This document shows, in pieces, positions 38,989 to 50,200 of a stretch of DNA of 64,000 nucleotides. The position numbers and the translations under genes were made by a program. The DNA comes from Eledone cirrhosa (Eukaryota): NCBI GenBank assembly GCA_964016885.1, contig OZ024741.1, positions 404,302,001-404,366,000 on the forward strand, in the 5' to 3' direction. Each line of letters begins with the position of its first letter. The first letter of the stretch is position 1. A model generated the notes under the pieces. It had not been told where the DNA came from. It did no database searches and worked only from the letters and a program-made list of their open reading frames with translations.

Positions 38989-39432
38989 TATCTATCTATC
39001 TATCTATCTATCTATGTAGCTAGCTAGATAGATAGATAGATAGGTAGATAGATAGGTAGATATGTATCTATCTAACTGCCCCCCTCTCTCTGTCTCTCCG
39101 TCTCTCTCCATATCTATTTCCTTATTACACCTATGGATATTGCTGCATACACACACACACACACACACATGTATATATATATATATATATACAACACACA
39201 CGCACACACATATATATATATATATACAACACACACACACACACGCACACACATATATATATATATATAGATATACAACACACACACACACACACACACA
39301 TATATATGTATATATGTATGTGAGAGGTGAGAGGTGTGTGTATATATATACATACATATATATATATAGCATAGCTGCAGCCAGAGCTTCGATGATGCTG
39401 AACTTCCATTTGTATATATATATATATATAAA

Positions 39433-40222
39433 TCATCATCACTACCACCACCACCATCACCATCACCACCACCACCACCACCACCACCACCACCACCACC
39501 ACCATCATCACCACCACCATCACCATCACCACCACCATCACCATCACCACCACCACCATCACCACCACCACCACCACCATCACCACCACCATCACCACCA
39601 CCACCACCACCATCACCACCACCGCTACCATCATCACCACCACCACCACCATCACCACCACCATCACCATCACCACCACCACCATCACCACCACCACCAC
39701 CATCACCACCACCATCACCACTATCACCACCACCACCACCATCACCACCACCACCACCACCACCACCACCACTATCACCACCACCACCATCACCACCATC
39801 ACCACCACCATCACTACCACCATCATCACCACCATCACCATCACCACCACCACCACCACCATCACCACCACCATCATCACCACCACCACCACCATCACCA
39901 CCACCATCACCATCACCACCACCACCACCGCCATCACCACCACCACCACCATCACCACTATCACCACCACCACCACCACCACCACCACCATCACCACCAC
40001 CATCACCACCACCACCATCACCACCATCACCATCACCACTATCACCATCACCACCATCACCATCACCACCACCACCACCACCATCACCACCACCATCATC
40101 ACCACCACCACCACCATCACCACCACCATCACCATCACCACCACCACCACCGCCATCACCACCACCACCACCATCACCACCACCATCACCACTATCATCA
40201 TCATCACCACCATCACCATCAT
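39433..40222. repeat. (CAC/CAT)n trinucleotide array
   Basis: Direct reading; similar arrays at 55955-56495, 58625-59120 and 63220-63360. Confidence 0.97.
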
Positions 40223-40526
40223 CGTTTCTTTCATCACCGTTGTCTATACCAAACCTCTTTATTATCGCCTTCCTCGTTGCTTTCATCGTCTACCATATAT
40301 TATATATTTTACATCTTCGATATATAATCGATTTCATGTCGTCACTGTTGCTATCAATCAACACGTGTTTGTGTGTGTGCCTCATCGTGTAATCACTGTC
40401 TGCTTGCTGTGTATTCTTCATGTGTATAATACATCATTTATGTGCTGCATATATATGTTATATGCTGTGTATATGTATTATTATATGCTGCATATATATA
40501 TATATATACATATATATGTATGTATA

Positions 40527-40623
<97 letters not shown>

Positions 40624-40770
40624 TTATATATATGTATGTATATATATATATATATATATATATCAAGTAAGTAATGTATATATATATATATATATATATA
40701 TATCAAGTAAGTAATGTATATATATATGTATATATATGGTACGAGTTGTGTATGACTGATATATATGATG

Positions 40771-40805
<35 letters not shown>

Positions 40806-41014
40806 ATATGCTATGTATATATATATGGTATGTATGTATATATATATATACATATAAATATATATATATATATATATATACACCATATATATGTGTTTGT
40901 GTGTGGTGTATATGTATTTTTTCTATGTTGTGTGTGTTTGTATGACATATTCGTTGTGTATGTGTGCGAACGTGTATGTTTTACGTGATTTGATTATGTG
41001 TGTGTGTATGTATG

Positions 41015-41064
<50 letters not shown>

Positions 41065-41657
41065 CTGTGCGTATGCGTGTGTGTGAATGCGTGTGTGTGT
41101 GTGTATGAATGTATGTTTTATTTTTGTTTTTATAGAGAGGAAGGGAATGAGAGAGAACCGCACGTTGGAGTAACGAGGAACTGTTGTCGCTAGTGATGTG
41201 ATATAACGGCCTGGCCCTACCGTTGCAGATCTCGTGTGTTAACTAACGTGACTTTCTCCGTCATTTCCGCTCTGCTCGGCGCCCATTACTAGAAAATATC
41301 ATTTCATTTATTTTGCCTTCTGTTTTTTTTTGTTAAATATTTTATTATATTTTACTTCAGTAATATTTTACAGTTAGATCCTTCAATATATATTCTCTCA
41401 TTTTCTCATTTTCTCACATGTTGCCTGCCATGGATATAAGTTTCCATAGAATGTTACCACTCATTCCATATCGAATACATGATTCGGAAGAAGAGTCAGT
41501 TATTAATATGTTGTTGGCTTAACTGTGGATCTTAAATATTGAATGGAAGCAGCTATTTCATATGATGAAAATGTTCGATATAAATAAAATATATGTATAT
41601 ATATGTGTGTAGGAAAAAGTTTAACCCCGACGGCTGAGCTCAAGCCGTTTCGACGGC

Positions 41658-41714
<57 letters not shown>

Positions 41715-41952
41715 GTATTTCCATAGGAAGGGTAAAGGAAAGGTAAGTGGTCTATGTATGCTACAGAGCTATTTAATTATATAATAAACAACATAAGACA
41801 ATTATTCCATTTGCCAAAGATTTCACGGAGACAGACGAGATCCACACAGACGTCTGAAATCGCTCATCAGAATGATGTAAGCTATGAATTTAAAAACAAG
41901 ACTAAAACAATTGAAAGCGAGGCTGATATGTAATAAAATAAAATAAAATATG

Positions 41953-41984
<32 letters not shown>

Positions 41985-41986
<2 letters not shown>

Positions 41987-42316
41987 AATGAAAAAATGAA
42001 ACGAAATTTCATTTCTCACTCTTAGTATGGCTGTTACTTAAATATAAGTATGTATACGTACATACATATATGTATACAGACGTACAGTAGTATGTCTATA
42101 TATACATACATGCACGCATATATATATATGTACGTATGGGTTTACCGAACATTTATTATAATGCTCGGTTTGTTTGTAAACAAACAGCCCGAATTAAGCC
42201 GTAAGGTGTTTAGCAACCATCGTTGCCCTTTTGTTCAAAACTGACAAAGGAACGATGTACTAGTTTCAAGCTTATTAGCTATCGTCAGCATCGTATAACT
42301 TTCTGCCAGATGATTG

Positions 42317-42322
<6 letters not shown>
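41985..42322 (-). mobile_element. pLTR family E copy
   Basis: Homologous to 23123-23465; (TA)n on both sides. Confidence 0.75.
42252..42294 (-). ncRNA. Minimal hammerhead motif (family E)
   Basis: Reverse complement: ACGATG|CTGACGA|T-AGCT-AATA-AGCT-T|GAA|ACTAGT|A^|CATCGT. Perfect 6-bp stem I. Confidence 0.8.
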
Positions 42323-42379
<57 letters not shown>

Positions 42380-42380
42380 T

Positions 42381-42700
42381 GAAAGAGTGAAGAATAACAT
42401 GGTCAACAGTACAAACAAATGTTTTATTTACAGTCTAATAATTGTTTCACTGATTAAGTTGTTTAAAAATTACTGAACACTTGAAGCTGTGCCACTCAAT
42501 TTTAAATACGTTGTTAGCTTAACCAGATCATCAGGGGAACAGTTTCTCTGATGATCTGATTTAGCTAACAACGTATTTAAAATTGAGTGGCACAGCTCCA
42601 AGTGTTTACCAATGTTTAAACAACTTAATCAGTGAAACAATTATTAGACTGTAAATAAAATACTTTTTTGTACTGTTGACCATGTTATTCTTCACTCTAA
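42381..42700. mobile_element. Fold-back family D element
   Basis: ~42384-42534 is inverted against 42548-42698; both arms start at CTGATGA. Confidence 0.75.
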
Positions 42701-42853
42701 AACTATCCATAATACGAAGTATTCACAACCTCTAACTGGATTACCTATAACGATATTTTGTTATCCCTTATATTTATATATATATGTATGAATGTGTAAA
42801 TGTATATATATATGTTGTATATGTGTGTGCGTGTGTGCGTGTGTGTGAGTGCT

Positions 42854-43110
42854 TGAAGGTGCGTCGTTTAGTGGTTAGAGCGATGGATTCACAATCGTGA
42901 GTTTGAGAGGTTGATTCCTGGACAGGGCGATGCGTTTTGTCCTTGAGAAGACACATTAGTTCAACTTGCTTCAGTTTACTCAGCTGTCTAAATGAATTGC
43001 CGGCTATTGCCTTTCCTTTGGACAGCATCGGTGGCGTGGGAAGAGGAGACTGCGTGGAAGACAGTCTTCCACAAAATCATCTGAGGCCCGAAGGATATGA
43101 TATTAAAGTT
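42854..43110 (+). mobile_element. SINE family 2 (CORE-like)
   Basis: gaaggtgcgtcgtttagtggttagag...gtccttgagaagacacatt. Further copies at 47720-47805(-), 55630-55772(-), 56860-57070(-) and 59135-59340(+). Confidence 0.7.
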
Positions 43111-43272
43111 ATATATATATATAACAAAGAAAGTTTGGTAAGAAAGCAGGTGGACCATAACGCACCAGAGTACTCGATACTTACGGTAGTTGAGTCGGTA
43201 ATAGGAAAAGAGTCAAGACCCCGAGAGCTAGCTGTCGAAATGGCCGGAGCTCAGCTCTCGGGGTCTTGACTC

Positions 43273-43310
<38 letters not shown>

Positions 43311-43339
43311 GATATACACACACAGATACAGAGGTATAT

Positions 43340-44090
43340 GCGTTTGCAGTGCTCGCCTTGACCAGTTTATTCTCGATTACCGAAGGAATTAAAATAATTC
43401 ATTAATCACAGATATTTGTCAAATACGTTTTAACCCGCAATTTTGTCTATTCAGTTTAGGTGCAGGACATCGATAATTATACTTCGATCACTTCATCTGT
43501 TTGGTTAGATATATTTCAAATTATTTTACCCAAGTCATGTACCGTGTTTGGAAATTGTTTGCACAACTTCTGGTCTGCTTTCCTATCGGAATCTTGCCAT
43601 ATTGCCAGGTGGACATATTTGCCAACCTCATCATGTCCGTATAGATCTTCAGACATGGTAACGACTGGGCATTTAGAGTGTATGTATTCAACCGTCTCGT
43701 TCTGCTGGTTTCATAATCACTATTTGATTTTATCATATTCTTTGACTATTATAATAATGTTGCGAACGTTCCTAGTTACAACCTGAGTTGTCTTTCTTTA
43801 CACCACTCTCCATTCTTGCTAGGTCTCTGAATGTAATAATACTCGGATTTAGCATTGGAAGAACAAAAGATAGCCAGGGTTGGAATTCCATTCATCCAGT
43901 GTCTGGTCGATCTGACTTAAGTTAAACCACAGAGACTTGAGAAATGAGCTGTATTGATTATGGAATCGAACATTTCTCTTGATCAAGATTATTAACTCTC
44001 CTTGGTATAATGAATTACGTTGGACAATATGAATAAATAATGCAATGGAATACTGTTGTTGTTTGACTCAACAAGATGCTTCCATAGTTA
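43340..44090 (-). mobile_element. Degraded R4/Dong-like (RLE) non-LTR retrotransposon C-terminus
   Basis: Minus strand NQQNETVEYIHSKCPVVTMSEDLYGHDEVGKYVH...II*NISNQTDEVIE resembles the CCHC / RHD / WD..IQTD region of R4-clade proteins. Confidence 0.55.
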
Positions 44091-44235
44091 GGCAGAGGTA
44101 AATAATGTATTGGAGATCGAGTGACGCAACTTTGAGCGATTAGCGGCTTCTAGACTCACCTGATCAACGAAACAATTGTTAATACCTGAAATAAAGCCCC
44201 TTGGTGTCAAGCCAACCATGTTACTCTTCAATCTT

Positions 44236-44304
<69 letters not shown>

Positions 44305-44307
<3 letters not shown>

Positions 44308-45200
44308 AAGCCGTTCTGATTGTCCCTGAGATTTTTCTCCATCTCAGGCTGGATCCTGTTAAGAATCATCCTGTTAAGAATCATCATGTTAAGAATCATC
44401 CTGTTGAGGGTATTTGCCACAAGTGACGTCAGTGAGATCCCCCTGTAGTTTTGGTGACAAATACAGTGAAGGAGGCACAGGATTTGATGCAGGAGGTTGA
44501 GACTGTGCCGCTGAGTGTGGGGCTGAGAATGAATGAGACTAAAACAAAATATCTGGTAGAGAATGTTGAGAAGCCAGAGGGGATCACTAATATAGGCGGG
44601 AAGCCGCTAGAATTGGTTGAGGACTTCCTGTATTTGGGAGCAAAGATTGGGAATACGGAAGATGATGTGGTTGAGAGGAAGAGCAAGGCCTGGGCGGCGT
44701 GCCACAGCTTGAAGTCGGTGTGGAAGTCGGACCTTCGTAAAGCCCTGAAAATCCGCCTCTTCATTGCTGTAGTGGAGTCTGTGCTGCTGTGCGGGTCTGA
44801 GACTTGAACACTGACCAAGAAACTCACTCAGATGGTGGATGGGTGCTACACGAGAATGCTGAGGATGGCTCTGAACATTCATCAGTATACACTGAGGATG
44901 AAAAACTCAGATCTGTATGGGAGCCTCCCAAAAGTCAGCTAAAAAATGACACAGAGGAGACTGAGGTTAGCTGGACATGCTCACCGACATCCAGAATTGA
45001 CATTACACTCAGTGCTCATGTGGGAGCCCCTACATGGACACACTGGAAGAGGAAGACCAAGGTTAAGGCATGTTGATGCCCTAAGGACAGACACTGGTCT
45101 GTTGGAGACGCAGGACATGGCAGCGATAATGAGGGACAGAGACCGCTGGAGAGAACTCGTCCATGGATCTCGGGAATTTTACCCGCCCTAGAATAGAATA

Positions 45201-45203
<3 letters not shown>
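44305..45203 (+). mobile_element. RTE-like LINE with 5' inversion and (TAGAA)n tail, inserted in (TA)n
   Basis: Plus strand: GLRMNETKT, VEDFLYLG, VESVLLCGSET, RRLRLAGHAHR, DRDRWR. Inverted piece 44305-44450 encodes NYRGISLTSLVANTLNRMILNRIQP..DNQNGF. Confidence 0.85.
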
Positions 45204-45273
<70 letters not shown>

Positions 45274-45928
45274 TATATGTATATATAACGTCGGATAGAT
45301 TGCTTTATAGCGATCGTTCAGGCTCTCTGCTCTTGGATTTCTAACCCCCCTGAGGTCAACTTTGCCTTCCACCCTTTCAAGATCGATAAAAGAGTAGCTG
45401 TCTAGTTATGGTGTCGAATTACTTCCTCTAGAATTAAAAAGAAGGCTGTGTGGTTACCAATAAATATTATTTTAAAAACGCGGGTGAAAATACGGACGAC
45501 ACAAACACAAGGACAATTCCCGCTTATCGGTTGTCTTTTGTGGAATGCTAAAGTTTAGAATGCATTAAAGACAGGACTATTCACCATAGGGCATTAATAG
45601 CTAAAATGGGGAGCTATCTGAGAAGAAACACAAAGGAAGATGGGCAAAGAAACAAGAAAGAAAACATAAAAAAAGAAAAAATGACACACCGATACAAAAC
45701 GGGAAATGATACGAAAATGTAGTCAAAATATTAAATAATAAAATCCTAGCTATCCCTAAAAATATTTGGTGTTTATCCCAAGGTAAAATTGACCTGACAT
45801 TTGAGCATGTATCCCAGACCTCAATCGTTTACCGAGGGGAGTTAAACTCATGAAATGGGACCAAGAAAACTATGTTTCCATTTGACTTTCCATTGCTTAT
45901 ACTATCTAACGGTCACAACAGGGCATTG

Positions 45929-46118
45929 ATGGTGGATTGGCAGTATCGGTAGAGGGCCGGACGCCATGCTTTGCAGCATAGAGTTATGGCCCTTGCCATT
46001 CTGAGTTCAAATCCCGCCGTTGTTAACTTTGCTTTTCATCCTTACGGGATCGATAAAATAAAGTACCAGTTATGCACTGGGTTATTGCTGACCTTGTGCC
46101 AAAAGTAGAAACAATTAT
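45929..46118 (+). mobile_element. SINE family 1 (other copies 46700-46870, 52338-52505, 63913-64000 on +; 63665-63880 on -)
   Basis: A/B boxes and the conserved GCCTTTCATCC..GTCGATAAAATAAAGTACCAG body. Confidence 0.9.
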
Positions 46119-46877
46119 ATGACAATATTATAACTAATTGTACTTGGTTGAACTGATGTAAGATTTAGATGTACTTAAAGCTGTCACAGTGCATCAGTAA
46201 AATGACGATAGTCTTATAAGCTATCGAGCGGACAGTGTCACCACAAGAAGAAGAAGAAGAAATTGTATCTCTGAATAAATATATTATTTGAAACATTCAT
46301 ATTCAGAGTGGGGGAGGGTGCACGGGTTTTCTTGTTTTTATCCCACAAGTTAGAACGTTGTCACCCACATGAAGATAAAATCTAAAGTCACAATGACACC
46401 ACTTGAATATTTTGACTTATTTTAGTGCACCAGAGTCAGAATGACTTCATAAGGTTCGTATCTCTGTATCACTCCAATCAATAATGAATGGCAACTGTTA
46501 TCAAAGAAAACATTTCTTTTAATTATACAATGCCGACCTCGACCTCCACTCTTATCAAAATTGATTCAATAATGATATAATATCAAGGAAATCAAGAAGA
46601 AGTTTGATTCAATCAATTATATGTTCCACCATTAGAAAATAAAATTAAAATACTATATGCGTAGTAAAAGAATGAATATTTGGCATATTAAGAATAATTA
46701 TCGGTAGAGGGTCGGATGCCATGCTTTCCAGCATAGTTACGTCCCTTTACGATCTGAGTTCAAATCCCGCCGAGGTTGACTTTGCCTTTCATCCTTACGG
46801 GGTCGATAAAATAAAGTACCAGTAATACACTGAGTAATTGCTGGCCTTGTGCCTGAAGTAGAAACAATTATATATCA

Positions 46878-47132
46878 GAGCGCATGTGGTTTGAATGTCT
46901 CAGGAAAGAATCGGTGGATAGATTTTTACGGGCAAAACCAGCGGACAGGAGACCCGGGGTTAGACACCGAGCAAGATGGTTGTATAACATTCACGAGCTT
47001 GGCTCCTTTTGCAGCCGGAACAGTTGGAGACTGTTGCTTCTGTCATGACCCGCAAGATGGAGTAATTGAGGGCACTGCCCCCACGACCCTCCTAGGAATA
47101 ACTGGGTGTAGAAGAAGAAGAAGAAGAAGAAG

Positions 47133-47163
<31 letters not shown>

Positions 47164-47235
47164 CTACCGCTGGAGCTCCTGCCGGTTGGTTTTCCCTGTA
47201 AAATCTGTCCAGCGATTCTTTCCTGGGACATTCTA
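46878..47235 (+). mobile_element. RTE-like 3' end with (GAA)n tail plus short inverted fragment
   Basis: Degenerate HVV.MSQER..GRPGVR..RWL motif region, (GAA)n at 47110-47162; 47163-47235 is a related segment on the - strand. Confidence 0.55.
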
Positions 47236-50200
47236 ACCTTGTTAGTAAAATAGAACCGGAGTACGCAGTCGTGACTGTAAGTATACTTCAAAGAATTGGC
47301 CTTACCACATACTGTGTCACATTGAATGACACCTTGTGCAACTGGATTTACCAGACCCTAGAATTAACCCTAACCTTGTTAGTGAAATAGAAGCACACTG
47401 TTTGGAAGTCCTTTGACTGGAGTGTATCTATAATTGAAAGCACCACCCTTATCATATACTGTGTCACACTGAATCTAACTGAGATTTGTATCATGGGTAC
47501 ACGTGTTTGTAGAATAATCAGCCACGTACCTGTTAATTTCGAAGCAGGCCATATTTTTAACTGAGCAGCTTGAGCACTTAGTTGACACTTATCTGGTTTT
47601 AGCCAAAACAACTAAGGTCATACTGGAGCAGTGCCTTCATAATGATCCGAATCAACAAAATCCCAGACATTATTTGCTTACTGGTCGCAACTTTTGGCAG
47701 AAAGTGTCTCGCTCAATGACATAACGCATCAACCTGCCCAGGTATCGAACTCACAACCACATGATTATGAATCTAATTATTCTACCACTAAGCCGCACAC
47801 CTTCACAATATATTTCATATTATGAATATTAAAACATATGTAATGATACATAACTAAATACTGCATCTCCCTGTAAGATTTAAATGCAAATCATTTCACC
47901 GAACACCCCAAATATATTTAATCCGACACTCACCCCTTTGATAACACCACCAACTTCAGACTTAAATTGCCATTAACCTTACATCAACAAGTTGTTTATG
48001 ACTTAATATATTCCCACAAGACAACTTAATATTTTTTATATATTTATTTATGTAACTAATGTTTATGTTATTCATAATTGTCTTTTAACAATATAATTAT
48101 TAGTTTTTATGAGTTGGAGGAAGCTTTTCATTCATTTAATAGTTCTATAATGTTTTATTATTTTACTGGTTTCATGTATAGGACTACGGGTTATGCGGTA
48201 ATATCATATTTAATGAGGTTTTATAGTTGATGATATCAACTTCTGTGCCTAGTTTATTGAGCTCTAGTTATAGAATGAATGTTATGTTTTTGACACGAGA
48301 TGAGAAGCTACTTGAGACACACCTTTTACGAAGTTAAACAGGTACCACAGACAAATACAAACAGCCACCCACATAGACACACACAGAAACCAAACGCATT
48401 CAACTCGATGCTATTTCGTCTTTTTTCTCGGCATAATGTAGTATTCCTTTATGACATGTGTTCTTTACTCTTTTAAGGCAGTAGAATTTTCTTTACGGGA
48501 GATGTTCCTACTATTCCCAACAGGCTCAGTCAGGAGATAACACAATGACTACTACTCTCATTTGACATAAACGTACAGCCGAGCTCCTCCGTAAAATCGA
48601 AATAGCAGCAGCCCGTCTGTGAAAAGAGGTGGGATAACTGTTGCACCTGGTGTCGCTGGCCATTGTCCGTTGAAATACCTTTGCCATTTTGTCCACGGGG
48701 CACAGCTGAAACACCGCTCTGACTTAGGTATAGAGTCTGTTACCCTTTCCCCCCTTTCTTTCGTCTCTTAACAATCCTTGTTCTTTTCCCTCCTTTTCCT
48801 CTCTTTTATTGATTTGTTCTTTATTAACTACTCTTATCAACATTAAATCAATTAATACCTTGTGTGGCAGAAAATGGCAACAACAGTAAGAAAAACTCAG
48901 GAAATTGGTGTAAACTCATTTGTATGTTGAAATTATAGAAGTGAGAGATTTCATGATTATAAAGAACTACATTCATTCTTTTCAGATATTCTGTTTCAAT
49001 TTAAGCTGTAAAATTTACAAAATAGATATTTAACAGGATTAAAGTTTGAAGATGAATAATCTTAGCATGAATATTACATACGACGTGGATTTTCCATCTT
49101 AATATTGTTCTAAGCTGACTTCAAATCCCCCCCCCCATCTTATCTTTGTCACTCTTTCGACGTCGATAAAAAAATGTATCAGTTCAGTACAGGGTTCGAT
49201 TTTCTCTCTCTCTCTCTCTCTTTCTATGACTCTCTCACTCTCTCTATTTCTCGTGAAGAAATCGTCTGTGTTCAGATTTGGAGAGAAATGGGTTCCACCA
49301 TGGTCAAAACGTCCAAGAATGAGCAGTGTATGTCACTACAGTGCTCCTCCGTCTCCACCAGGAGTAACGAGTCCATATATATATTTTATACGGTTAACCA
49401 CATTCTTCATGTAAATGTCATATACAGATAGCACATGGTTGAATTCGCTAGAGAAATTAATATATCCCATCTACGTTTTGATTTCAAAACACGTCAGAGG
49501 AGAATTTATGTTTTTATAATTTCAAATTCAATCCATGTACCAACAATAGTATAATTAATAAAACAATCAAGGGGAACTAACTCAAATGATACAATGGCAT
49601 AAAATGTGGATACTTAAGATAATAGGTGATGTATTGAATGCTGCACACATAGACTTGTGAATTCCTTGAAATTTTCTTCTAAAAGGGAGAAGAGAAAATG
49701 TAGATGTGTTAGCGACGTGCGAAGACAAGATGAGATAATTTTAAGGAATAAAAAATTATTCATTCTAGATAATTTACTCACCTGAAAAGAGAACAGAATT
49801 TCTATACGTAAATATCTGCCCATTACTGGGAAGGTTGTGTTATATTTTACTCTGCTAACGAGGTTTAATAGACAAAAACATAGATCTCTTGTTATCGTCT
49901 GTTTGCAAACAAAAATTACATGTTCTTTCCTTAGTTAAATTACAGAATGAAATTTTTTTCCAGATTTGATAACACTTGCCGCTAGGTTTCTGTTTTCCGC
50001 CTCCAACTTAGATGTCAATTGCAATTAAGTATTTTTGCGAATGATTCGGTATACCTTACTTTAATTTAAATACCAGTAATAATCTTTGGATGATGAAATA
50101 GTTACTACTCTGCATAGTCAAGAAGTAATATATGGTACATAGAATGTGATAAATCTTCTGCTGTTGTTTACTTCATCATAATTGTGGTTAAAGGTCTTCC

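Noticed and set aside
26356-39015. LTR retrotransposon or simple tandem duplication as explanation for the repeated 3' blocks
   Set aside because: APE-RT layout, distinct 5' truncations and three subfamilies indicate separate non-LTR insertions.
39062-40327. 421-aa poly-His and 390-aa Gly/Asp ORFs
   Set aside because: (CAC/CAT)n array flanked by microsatellites, with no splice or domain evidence. The same applies to 55865-56504, 58469-59231 and 63034-63456.
41805-41878. CTGATGA...GAAA on the - strand with CAGACG/CGTCTG stem
   Set aside because: Stem III and the UH site do not form; at best a decayed motif.
48490-49430. GC-richer patches that might be host exons
   Set aside because: No recognisable protein motif or consistent splice pair; cannot be supported without RNA data.
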